Positions 25,830-37,103 of a DNA stretch of 64,000 bases are shown piece after piece. A model generated the notes under the pieces. It did not search any database. It was not told the DNA's origin and worked only from the letters and a program-made list of their open reading frames with translations. This DNA comes from Tubiluchus corallicola. Lineage: Eukaryota > Animalia > Priapulida. The DNA lies in assembly GCA_030141605.1 (NCBI GenBank), contig JAQGDQ010000003.1:2232001-2296000 (forward strand), in the 5' to 3' direction. The position numbers and the translations under genes were made by a program. Position 1 is the first letter of the stretch. Every line of letters begins with the position of its first letter.

Positions 25830-26461
25830 CAGAGATGTTACCGAAACTGAATTTACAAACTGAAATTTTAAAACATAGAAAACCAAAATTTTTTGCAAAG
25901 CCAACTACTATTAAAACTGAAAAAAAGAAAATTCTAAAGTAAGTAAAATATTTTGTCTGCTTTTATTTGCTGTGATGCAAAATTACTGATAAAAAATTCT
26001 AATACAAAAACTTGATGGAGTGGCTTACCTTAGAAAATGCGTATAAATAATGTTTTTGGACTTAAGCATCCTTAATGATAAATGTTTAAAGATCATAATG
26101 CTTCTTTAAAAATAAACAAATTTTATTTTGTAGATATTTTGTTGCCTATATTTCATAAATTATAAAAATAAACGTGTTTCTGCTGAAGTAAATTCAAACG
26201 TGGTTTGATATTATGGTTGATTGGGCCTGGAGACCCTAAAACTTTGCAGTTGTCATCAATGAAGATACGCTGCATTCCCGGTAAAAGCACTTCACAAACT
26301 GTTATGCAAACGAAATTTTCTCTTTATTTGAACTAATTTAGCCAAGATTTTTCAGCGGTTTTTGAAATCTTCGAGAAAAGAAAAGGCAAATTGGATAATC
26401 GGCAATAATCGATGCATTATCGGCAAACCGAAACGAAAATTTCATTTTGGTAATATCCCTG
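25830..26461 (+). mobile_element. hAT-type MITE (632 bp)
   Basis: TIRs cagagatgttaccgaaa / reverse complement cagggatattaccaaaa. 8-bp TSD ttcgcaat / ttcacaat (7/8). Subterminal aaac(t/c)gaaa repeats. Confidence 0.8.
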
Positions 26462-27205
26462 TTCACAATCATATAGTCTAGTACTATAAGCAAAAAAAAA
26501 TCAAAATTTGTGTTCATTATACTGCCTACAGGAACATCTTGTAAAATGCAACAGACACAACTTAAGGGCTTTTTAAAAAAAGGGTTTATCAAGGGCACTT
26601 TTTATTACAAACAGAAGTGTTTGCCATAGACTGATTTTTTTGGTGAATACTTTAAATAGCAAATAATAATTAGGCCTATCCTAAAATATCCTGGTATATA
26701 TATTTTATAAATATGAATATTTGCTGATTTTTAAAACACAACTGTGATGTGGCTAACACTTTAAAGTATAATGAAAAAGACGGTTATAAAAAACAAAAAC
26801 TGTCACATTGTGAATTGTATGTTTTTCCTGCTTTACAGAATTTGCTTCTCACTCGACAATCATTGCATCTAATTTAGCAAATGAGCGCAAGACCTGATGA
26901 GAGCGTTCATCTCTCGGTAATAGAAACTGAGCTAGGTATATAAAACATATAGGATAGGTAATTAATGTTGCAACATTGTTCAAGTATCTAAATTACTACC
27001 AACAGTTTTTGTTAGGAAGAGCTGCATACAGCTTTGGACTTTTGGAAATACACAACCCAATGCCAATAATGAGAAGATTATGACAGTACACTCAGTGATA
27101 GAGTTTCTTTCTATACCAAACAGTAACATCTATTTAAACCCGTATGGTCTATTTTTTAGGTCAATTTCTGCTAGAAGATAAATTGTTGAGCAACAAGCCA
27201 CCACA

Positions 27206-27475
27206 ATGTCTTGGGCAAAGAATCACCCAAAGTTTTTTGCACGGACGGTGATGGTAATAAACAATGATGTGGAAGAAGCCATGAGAGGACTAAATAGAGT
27301 GATGGGTGCAGAAGGTCTGTTGGATTTAATCCGCAGAAGAAGATATTACGAGAAGCCATTTCAAATGAGAAAGCGTGTTGCGTATGAGAAGTGTAAAGAG
27401 ATTTACAATACAGAAATGCAGTGCAAAGTGGCATTCGTGATGCGAAAAAACAGAGCATACCCATTTTTAAATTGA
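27206..27475 (+). CDS. MRPS21: Mitochondrial ribosomal protein S21 (bS21m), 89 aa, single coding exon
   Basis: MSWAKNHPKFFARTVMVINNDVEEAMRGLNRVMGAEGLLDLIRRRRYYEKPFQMRKRVAYEKCKEIYNTEMQCKVAFVMRKNRAYPF matches the family signature (F.ARTVMV, RRRYYEKP, RKNR..P). A splice acceptor ttttttag ends at 27159 and implies an upstream non-coding exon. Confidence 0.96.
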   Translation: MSWAKNHPKFFARTVMVINNDVEEAMRGLNRVMGAEGLLDLIRRRRYYEKPFQMRKRVAYEKCKEIYNTEMQCKVAFVMRKNRAYPFLN

Positions 27476-28643
27476 TGCCCATGATGTCCTGTTGCAGCTA
27501 TACATTTCACGTGCTTTGAAATTTTAAAATTCTACGTGCATATACCAATGTGTGATTGCAGTTACATTATACAATCGTGTGTTCAAAATGTGGCAGACAT
27601 TGATTGATCAAGTTCTAGTAGATTTGACGTACAATGCATAATTCACAATGTTTGATTGATATAGTGTCACCTTTGCTTAAAAATTAGTGTTTAACTTGTG
27701 CTGTTCAAATGCTGTTATTCTTACTTTTCCTTATAATGGATGTTGTAAAATTAAAGTTTGAAAAGCATTAACAAATTAAACAATCATTGACAATTTACCA
27801 TGAAAATGTATTAAATGTACTAAGTAACTAAACTAAATTTAAGACTGAAATAGCAGTTAGCCTGGCATTGCCAAACAAAGCAAGATTGATAACGTATTTG
27901 CCTAGTGGCAAATAGTGAAAATTCTTTTCAACTTATGTGATACTTTTCATTTTTAAAATGCAACTGCAAAACATGAGGATATGCAATACACGTGAATAAC
28001 TTTGTGCACGTATATAATTTACTGTGCACATGTATTTTTTTCTGCTATACATATGGAAATGTTATAGCTTTGTCTTCTGCAGTAATTTGAATGAAATGTC
28101 TGATTGGATGTATACCAACATTTCAGTCTTCAGAATGGAACAATTGACTTGATCCTGTAATCCAAAGTATGGTAACATATCTGGTGTCAGTGATAAAAAA
28201 CCTGAATCATCAGTGCAAATTTTTTCAGTTTTGACAAATCATGTAAATACTGTGAATAGTCAATAAGAACTACAGCTAAGTATAATGTTAAGCAATGCGA
28301 AAGTGCAAGAAAAGATTGATTTATTAAACAGAATGCCACCATAACGTGCTATCGCAGCTACACTTTGATAAACACTTTGGTTGGGATAATAAACATTTAA
28401 AAACCAGGCAAATAAGAATTTTCGAAAAAATTATTTTTTACTGCTACCATTTACGTCAAGCATAGTGTAGGAAAGCCTACATGGCAGCCCGATGATATCA
28501 TACAATAACCTTGTAATTTACATACACAAAAATAATGCTAGAACACTATGTGCAGGCAGATGCCAAACAATAATGCTCAAGATCCAAGGGTCAAGAACAA
28601 CAATATTTTTAAAACACAATAAAGACTATAAATACTATAAAAA

Positions 28644-28886
28644 CAATCACTTAGCAGCAAAACCTACTTAAAGATATTTGTGGATTGCAACCACACTCAC
28701 CATTAAGGCTAAGGCTCAAGATTACACCATACAAATTGGCTAATAGTGCAGTATTGTGTCTTAGTGCAATACGTCTCTGTAAAGTGTAAAACCACGAACA
28801 ATCACTTAGCAGCAAAACCTTAAAGAGATGTTTGTGGATTGTAACCACACCCGCTATTATGGTTAAGCTTTGAGATGACACCACAC
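28644..28886. repeat. Diverged direct duplication of about 90 bp (period about 154 bp)
   Basis: acaatcacttagcagcaaaacct...tttgtggattg(c/t)aaccacac...acacca at about 28644 and 28798. Confidence 0.8.
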
Positions 28887-29104
28887 TGCATGGTGCAGCA
28901 TTGTAATGAAATTCCTCAGATGTGGTTTTGCCAATGGTCACTTATCACATGTCCACTTACTAACCAGGCTTGTCTATTCTTCTCGCTTCCGTCACTATGG
29001 CCAAAACTACTTGATTCCGTTGTTTTGGTTGACATTGAATGCTGTAGTAATTGGTGAAGGACATCCATGTTTTTTATTTTTATTGTCTATTGTTTCACAC
29101 ATTC

Positions 29105-31954
29105 TCACGTCTTTGCTTGTTTGTCTACTTGGAACATGAAAGCCTTCAGTTGATCTTCGTAACTCGCTGGTTCATCATCATCGTCATCCTCTTCATCTAC
29201 AATACTTTCCTCATTAACAACATTTACATTTTCCTGAGCATCTGAAAAAGGCAAATGTGTGTGTTGGAACAATCTAGTATGAAACCTTCGCAAAACATTA
29301 ACTCAGCATTTGTACTTATTAAATGAAAGACAGAGCCATTGTTACCTTATCACCTTACTCACATAACTTTGCTGAATTAAAGACAAAATGTGCCATGCTA
29401 ATTTATGCAAGACTTATTGCTGGATTGCCAATTAAACCAACCTCAGCTGATAAATTTCGACTGTGTTACATGCAGGCAAAGGGTTAATAACTTTGTTCAC
29501 CAGATAATTTATTTGCAACTAGAATTTTGAAGTTTCTCATAGCTAAGGCTGTTCACTTGGTATTAAAAGTTGGAATTCGAGTCAAATCGAATCTAACTCC
29601 TTCGAATTTGAGACGAATCGAATCATAACATTTCAAATGTGGAGCATTATAACGTAGTTTTAACTATGCCGACTTAAGGACGGTTTTGGTTTGCAAGCAC
29701 ACCATTCATTCCACATGCACAGTGACTTTTTTGCACTCGGTTTACCCATTGTTCTATGGGTAACTCATGCTCGTTATATGTGGGAAGGGCGTGTGGTACA
29801 GTCACGAGGCTGTAAAACTCCCTTGCAATAAGCAAAAACTCATAATATTAGAGCTCACTTTTAAATACATCATTTAAGCCTAAGATTTGATGGACTTTGA
29901 GACTTACTCATAATAACCAAAGGCCTATTATAACAGACTTTGTTATAAGTGGATTAAAAGGTATTATACAACATTCGGGATCATTTCTTATCCATCACAA
30001 AACACCGTAGCATCAATAATTAATTTTGAAATTATAGAAAAATTACAGAAAGTGCAAATTTTTACAGAGCTCATATATCTAATCAATGTGCATTTATAAT
30101 AAATTTTATTTCAAGTTAGAGTTTTTAAAGCAGAGAGTATAGGTTAGTTTGGACAGTAGAGAACTCTATATTATGTTATGGTTGTTATGTTTTCAAATAT
30201 TTTTAAGCTGGGTAATACATACTATTTCTAAATAAGTTGCTGACTTCTAAGTTGAGATTCTGTTCATTTACAGCCTCGTCTTGTACATTCTCTTCCTGAA
30301 ACAAACAAAATTTGTTGATCACTGATTTACAAAGAGCAACACGTAAATAATAAATGCATAGGTAAGATATGCCTGCCATTTTGAATGCATCTGCAGCACT
30401 TTGATAATATACAGATCTTTTTACTAAAAACACTGCTCAATTAGCTCCAAAAAGCGCTCATCATGTACATCAACTAACATAATTAATCATGTGTTATGCC
30501 TTACCATCCTCATGTTGAGCAATGAGCATCACAAGTATTTTCATTGTTAAATTATGTATTTATCCTGGGTAAATATCAGCCTTCTTTCGGATCCATGCTA
30601 AGCACAGAGGCTTGTATATCTGTGTGCATATGTATATATTATGTGTGTGCGTGCGTGTGTGTGTATATACTGTCACAGCAGTCACTGTACATAACAGTTC
30701 TTACCTCACCATGTGTAGATGCAGATGCAGAATGCACAGACATAGATTGAGCAGCACTACTTGTTGTACCTGCTCCAATATTCTTTGATCGGACAATACT
30801 CTTCAAAGTTAACTCCTCTACCTAAATTGTTACATGTATTACAATTTTCATGCATGTCAAATCACAATTACTAACTGCTGCTAAGCTGTATGTCACTGTA
30901 TAAAAGGCAGTGCCAAAAATAACAATGTGTTTGTAATAATAAATGGTAACTGTAAAATGGAGCCGCACTAGATTACCTGATATATATGGTTACATTCACT
31001 TGTTTGCACGGATTCTGTTCAAAAGATATTAACCTTTTTGTGACACCAAAGACTGCTTTGAAGAAGTACCTTGCCAATGTGGTATACAGTGTGCTGTATT
31101 TCATGCTGGCAAACAATGATTCTTGGGAAAAACACTATACATGTACATGAATTTAGTACATTTATATATGAATCTTAGAATGCATGTGTGTCCTCTAATT
31201 TTATAGCAACCTCATCCAAGAGCCCACCAATCAGGCGATAGAATAATTTATTTATTACAGCAAATTGTATTTTTAACTTAAATTATGTTTGTCATACGCC
31301 TGTATTTAGCAAATTAGCTGAATGCCAAAATGTAAAGAAACTTATTTTATGATAAAAAAACAACAATCATATTGACAGCAGTATCACTAAACAGGAAAGT
31401 GAAAGTGATTATTTAACCATATAGTTACATGCTAATGCTCTAGCAAACGTGGCAAAGTATGGCATGACAGACTGGGATGAGGAATGTGAAACAAGTTTCA
31501 TTTTTCAAACCATTATGGGACAAAAGGTTTAACCACTTTTTTGTTAGCTATGGGCTTTTGTTGGAGAAACCCTATGGTAACATAGAGAAGGTTGCAGGGA
31601 AACCCTCAGATTATAATGAATAGATGCATCATGTTTTAAAAACGAATGAGTTTTGGTTAGAAAAATTTTGGTAAGTTACTGTCGAAATTACTTTAATCTT
31701 TGAACCAGATTCACAAGCAAATTGAAATGCTATTCGAAGAGGCAATACCTTAAACTTACTCTCTTTTAAAACTTGGGCCCATATGGGCCATAACTTATGC
31801 CAAATGACACAATGACGATGGTGCAGTTCTAGAATAATTTTTTTTCTGAGGAATTTACCTTTAAACGATTCATTTGGTCTCGCAATGCACTCTTAATTTT
31901 TAACAGTGCCTTTTCCTCTTCTTTCAGATTGCACAACTCCCCAAGTAAAGCCAT
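29105..31954 (-). CDS. SNAPC5: snRNA-activating protein complex subunit 5 (SNAP19), about 140 aa
   Basis: Exons 31954-31859, 30821-30705, 30295-30223 and 29241-29105 (GT-AG, phases 0,0,1). Translation MALLGELCNLKEEEKALLKIKSALRDQMNRLK|VEELTLKSIVRSKK...VQDEAVNEQNLNLE...DEEDDDDDE aligns by eye with vertebrate SNAPC5 (L.EL.KEEE.LL..K..L.DQLNRLKVEEL.L.S plus an acidic tail). Confidence 0.88.
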
Positions 31955-33089
31955 TATAATGACAAATATCGTGGAAATAACAACCTGCAAAAACTTTAAT
32001 TAGGTATTCATATATAAAATACTTAATATTTATATCTATAGCTAGATTGATTCTGTTAGCCCATAAAACAATACTGCTATTGTATTGTAGTAACATGTTT
32101 TGATCATATACCAATCAAACCATAACCAATCATGTGTAAAAAACGATTAAAATGTGTGACGTTAAAGCTCCAGACGATGAGAGCTAATGATTATGTAGTA
32201 CTTAGCAAAATAGAAATAATTCTTAATGATGAAAATTACAACAATTTTAATGAAAAGTCAAAAAATAAAGGCATGACAAAATCATTAAAATGTAATTCTT
32301 GAATTTATAATTTATACCACAATCATTAATTAATAATTGCTAGTGCAAGCAACAGCATAATTATATACATTTATTACATTAAAGAATTTAAAATATTTAT
32401 AGCAAAATTTGCAACCACTACGCAAAATTTTATGCACCGTAAAGGATTTCGGCTGAAGCACTCAAGCAACTGAAAAAGAGTTAATGTCACACAGAATTTT
32501 TCTATGTACATGGTTGTCGTAGGACTGGACCTGGCTCATCATCCAAGTAATTCTTCAAGAAACGGTTGAGGTAAGCATAATTCAGAATGTATTTATTTTA
32601 TTTATAGTTTAAGTAACTTGAGATATCAAAACAACCTCCGTTTTGGATATAAATACGTCGTCTTTTTATGAGGTAAGCAGATAAGTTTAAATATTTAAAT
32701 GTCTGCTCTACTGTAGCCTGTAAATGGTCAATACGTATTACCATTAAATATTAAAGATGTTTGTTGCTTTTATTTTTACAGTACTTTTTTATCGAAAATA
32801 TAATTTGTAAGCATTGTGAAATTTGCTTCAATAACATTAAGGTTTTATGACTATTAAGTACAGCAATTACATACAGTTATAATGATACAAATTATCTAAG
32901 GGTACAATATTTTTGAAAGTCGAAGAAATTGTATTATCATCATAATACACAAACTACCTACAAGGTCAAAGAAGGTATGTAACAATTTAGTAACCTTCTA
33001 ATTCAGTATTGCTTTCCTGCATCCATATGATTCACTTTGTACTGTCTTCATGTAGTATGGATTGTGATTCCCCACTGGTAGCTCTACGG

Positions 33090-33095
<6 letters not shown>

Positions 33096-33161
<66 letters not shown>
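33096..33161. repeat. (TA)n microsatellite
   Basis: About 33 perfect TA units. Confidence 0.95.
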
Positions 33162-33165
<4 letters not shown>

Positions 33166-33389
33166 ATATTATGCAGGCGGCAAGAATAATTATTAATGCA
33201 GTGTATCAAATGTAATAATTATTATAAGTATAATATTAATAAAATGCAATAAACTTACACAGATTGGCACATAATACTACGCTACAGCTACTAGTAGCGA
33301 GTATATATGGCATATACTTTGCAAGTTTATCGATACCAAATACCCTCTTCTTTCACAAAAAATAAATAGATGTCAAAATATATAGGTGT

Positions 33390-34410
33390 TTGAAAAAATT
33401 AGGAAAGGAGAAATTGGAGAAACACAAAGCTATAAATACCTTGGTGATTGGTGAAATGAGGAAAACACTTATAAGACGTTAATTGAAAAGCGAAAAGAGC
33501 AGAACAAATTCAAAATTAGCTATATTAACCCCTTGGCAAATATTAATAATGTAGGAATAATGTCAGTAGAAATAAAACTAAAACTTTATGAATCACTTAC
33601 AATACAATCTTTAATTTATAATTCTGAAACTTGGTCAAACATGAAAAGTAATGAGTATGAAGAATTGGAAAGTATTCAAGGTAAATCAATAAGAATTATG
33701 TTGGGAATGGATAAAACTACAAGTTACTGGGGGTTAATATCAGAATTGGGAATTTGGCCAATTGAAGAACGTATTTGGTACAAAAAATTTATGTTTTATA
33801 GAACTCTTTTAATATCAGGAAGTGAAAGGTTAGCCAGCAAAGTTATAGCACAGCAAATGAAATACAGGCATGATGATAATTGGTATAGTGAAATTGAAAA
33901 AATGGCAAACATTTATGGGATTAATATTGACAAGGAATATGTGAAAAATCAAAAGGAATCACAATGGAAAAAATACATAAAATTTAAAATAACATCTGTG
34001 ACACAAGACAAATGCAGTGAAAATATAACTATTATAAGAGCTCAAAATTAAGATTTTTGGAAGGCAATAAATGGGAACAGACGGATTATTTTACAAAATT
34101 CAGTCATGCAGAAGCTAAACATATTTTGGATTTAAGACTTAATATTGTCAAAGTAAAAGCAAATTTTAAGGGTTCGTTTATAAGAAATTTATTAATATGT
34201 CCCATGTGCGATAATGAATACGACACCACAAAACATTTACTAGTTACTTGTAGCAAGGATTAGAGAAAATCTAGGTGAAGTCTCAACAGAGGATGTGAAA
34301 AGTTGTAGTAGTGAAAATTTGTTGAAAGCATCCAAATATGTCAATGATTGTTTGTTTTATAGGAAAAGCATTTTGAAAGAAGTTGGTGAAGTAAATTTTG
34401 AAGAAGAATA
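33390..34410 (+). mobile_element. LINE ORF2 3' half, 5'-truncated and frameshifted
   Basis: ORFs 33533-34051 (KLKLYESLTIQSLIYNSETW...ELGIWPIEERI) and 34057-34263 (LRLNIVKVKANFK...CPMC...DTTKHLLVTC, CCHC zinc knuckle). Confidence 0.85.
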
Positions 34411-34581
34411 AAGGTGCTGCAGTGTTGAAGAACCCCTGTAATCGATTTCATCGTTTGCCCATACAAGTGGAGAGGGGTGAGAGAAACCACAAAATAATAG
34501 CAAAAGCTTAAAATTTTTCGTTTTAAACTTCAAAGCCAAACCAATTCGTGTTAAAATAATGCAACTTTCTGTAATGTACAT

Positions 34582-35285
34582 GTAGGGCGCAGAGTACGCC
34601 ACTAGCCGAAATAGGACGCTAAAGCGCATGCGCTATATTTGCAAGTACATGATCAGCCCAAGTAGGGCACTGGCGATTTCTCTCATTCTTTTAACTTTAC
34701 ATGGGGAATTTTGTCAGGTGTTTAAAAATTCTATGAAATTTTCTCCATTTTATTAAAAATTATGCTTGTTGGAGTTGCCGTCAGTTTGGCGTCATACACA
34801 TGATCCTCTTCACCAAATCGGCATGCAAACTGACATCAATAAAAAGTGCCAGTTTGCAAGACCAAAAACACGTATTTTTGTTCACTTTGTTCACGTCATG
34901 AAATGGACCACCTGTCTGTGAAACGAGACGAAACAAAAAATGATATACCTTAACCAAATGTTGGAATCGCCTAAAAAGCGGGCTTATATCACTTCAAAAA
35001 GGTTAATCTCGAAGCCAAAACTAATATTGCTCATTCAACTAGCTCAGAATATGGTTCTTTTATTTTATCACATGTATAATAAAATAAATTGTACGATGTA
35101 TTGACGTTTTCAATTATTATTATTAAATAAACTAGGACAACAGACACTGCCACTGCGGTTAAAGATTCAGTTCGTGAACTGTCCCTTTTTCCTACTTGGG
35201 CAGCCGATGTACGACGCGCCCCACTCTGACTACCCCATGTACGCCAATTGTCCTATATCGACTAGTGTCCTACTCCGTTCCCGAC
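34582..35285 (+). mobile_element. Non-autonomous TIR element, copy 2 (internally deleted)
   Basis: Left TIR gtagggcgcagagtacgccactagccgaaataggac. Internal matches to about 17000-17130 and 18500-18810. Degenerate right TIR ends about 35285. Confidence 0.75.
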
Positions 35286-35324
35286 ATATATATTTTTGTA
35301 ACACCCCTGGCCATAAATATTTAT

Positions 35325-35501
35325 GTTGGGCGCAAAGTAATGCAGTAGCCAAAGTAGGACAATTGGCGTACATGGGCTAGCCCAAGTAGGACGTGCAGTA
35401 CATGGGCTGCCCAAGTAGGACACTAGGACAGGTCGCGAATTGAGTTGTTAAGCGTACTGGCACCATCCATTGTCCTTGTTTATGTAGTAGTAGTAGTAGT
35501 G

Positions 35502-35543
<42 letters not shown>

Positions 35544-36100
35544 ATAGTAGTAGTAATAATAATAATAACATTCTAGCGACCTTTTGTGCCCTACATGGGC
35601 TAACAAGCCATATACAACAGTGTCCTACATGTTACAATACTATTGATATTATTAAAACTAATTGTCTTTGCCTTTCCTAAAAAGTAAAAAATTACTCTTT
35701 CGTGTTGTGAAGGCTTAGCAGCATCTGTCTCATTTTTAAACTTTCAGTTATTTCTGTATATCTGTGTGCATAATTTCTTTCTTTAAAGCATTAAATACTT
35801 AGCTTAATGCTATGATGATTTTAATGGAGCTAATAACATTGATGATACTATTGTAAAAAAGACATTAATTTTGTAAATTGTCATCCATCATTATTATAAA
35901 TAATCCATTATTATTATGAAGATACTTTTTCTGTAAAACAGATTTAATTTTATGTTTTATTATGTCATTATAATTCTCGATTCCCGACAAAAATCGCCAG
36001 GGCCCGGGCTGCCCATGACGACACTGCTTTTCCGCAAATTTAACACATGCGTTTTACCGGAAGTGTCCTACTTCGGCTAACGGATTACTCGGCGCCCTGC
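35325..36100 (-). mobile_element. Non-autonomous TIR element, copy 3 (reverse orientation, internally deleted)
   Basis: Ends gttgggcgcaaagtaatgcagtagccaaagtaggac and gtcctacttcggctaacggattactcggcgccctgc. Body is the reverse complement of parts of 16917-18853 (e.g. gtgaaggcttagcagcatctgtctcattttta versus 17865-17896). Confidence 0.8.
35484..35567. repeat. (TAG)n/(TAA)n microsatellite inside TIR element copy 3
   Basis: Directly visible. It explains the spurious poly-Leu ORF 35377-35571. Confidence 0.95.
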
Positions 36101-36269
36101 AATTTATATTTTCAATTCAATTCATTTTCATTTTATTACACACATACAACAGTGTATAATGGCAAAAAATTACAAACGCATTGTGTACCCATCTATGGAT
36201 CACTGCTAACAATTCAGTTCAATTTTGATTTATTGTGTAAATGCTGCACTTACAGAGTATATTAATTTT

Positions 36270-36830
36270 GCAAATTCTCCATTAAGGAACACGTTATTCT
36301 AAAACATGCATGAAATTACAAATCACTAGCAGCATTAGAAAACAAAGAGTGATGTAGAGTCAAGATACGATACAGAGTGAGTTGGTCATCTCTTTTTCTT
36401 CTGAAACGTAGGGATGGCACATTCGGTCTTTGTATTCTGTCTACATATGGTAGATCTTTGACTGATAGTACTAACTTGGTGACTCCCCGTTGAATAGATT
36501 CTACCTTGCTCACTGCTTGATGGATGAACACCAAATTGCACCATCTAATATTGGTCTTACGAATGTTTTGTTGAAAATAGCTATCATATCAGCGTCAATA
36601 TAGGTGAAAGAACGCCTTATTATCCATAATTGCTTCCTAGCTCGTTTGGATATTCCGTCAATGTGTTCATCAAACGTGAGAAACTGGTCAATTAAAACAC
36701 CCTAGTCTTTCTGTTTTGCTACTGCTATTATTGGAACTGACTGATTTGTATCGTTGCACATATAGTAGCCATGAGTTACATTGTCTTTCCCTAGATGTAG
36801 AACGTTACACTTTTCCATGTTGATATAAAT
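36270..36830 (-). mobile_element. CR1 LINE 3' fragment
   Basis: Minus strand KCNVLHLG...KD*GVLIDQFLTFDEHI...IIRRSFTY...KTFVRPILD...VESIQRGVTKLV...LPYVDRI...SLRFRRKRDD. (TTGAA)-like tail near 36110-36130. Confidence 0.85.
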
Positions 36831-36900
36831 GAAGCGAAATAGACAAAAACATTATTAGAAATCAAACTAGACTCAATTTTGCATGTTTTTTCAGCATTTG

Positions 36901-36947
36901 AACGCCAGATGGCACCAAAAACTATTACGTCATGATACCATGGTAGC
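36901..36947 (+). promoter_or_regulatory. ARL13B proximal promoter cluster: CTCF-like site, CRE-like site, RFX X-box-like palindrome
   Basis: aacgccagatggcacc (36901-36916), ttacgtca (36925-36932) and gataccatggtagc (36934-36947; 2 mismatches to GTTRCCATGGYAAC). RFX X-boxes are established upstream of ciliary genes. Confidence 0.5.
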
Positions 36948-37056
36948 AGAGTGAAATGTTTTCACAGTTTTTTGCACTTTGTTCATTTTCTCGTTTTGTG
37001 ACTGTATAATTATCAGGATCACAGTGAAGTGAAATTTAAAATAGAACCAGATTCGA

Positions 37057-37103
37057 ATGGGGAACTGCGTGGGTGGCTGCAGGAATCAAAAAGGAAGAAC
37101 AAA
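37057..37103 (+). CDS. ARL13B: ARL13B candidate first coding exon 1a (MGNCVGGCRNQKGRT-K)
   Basis: ATG, 47 nt, donor AA|gtgaga in phase 2, which joins exon 39270 in frame. MGNC dual-acylation-type start, about 110 bp downstream of an X-box-like motif. Confidence 0.75.

Noticed and set aside
30976-31095. Possible extra minus-strand exon (TLYTTLARYFFKAVFG...)
   Set aside because: The SNAPC5 model joins 31859 directly to 30821 across the conserved NRLK|VEEL motif, so this segment is intronic and has no recognisable homology.
33009-33215. YIYIYI-repeat ORFs (also 47665-48007 and 7686-7949)
   Set aside because: Translations of (TA)n microsatellites.
35377-35571. Poly-Leu signal-peptide-like ORF
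   Set aside because: It is the translation of a (TAG)n microsatellite inside a TIR element.
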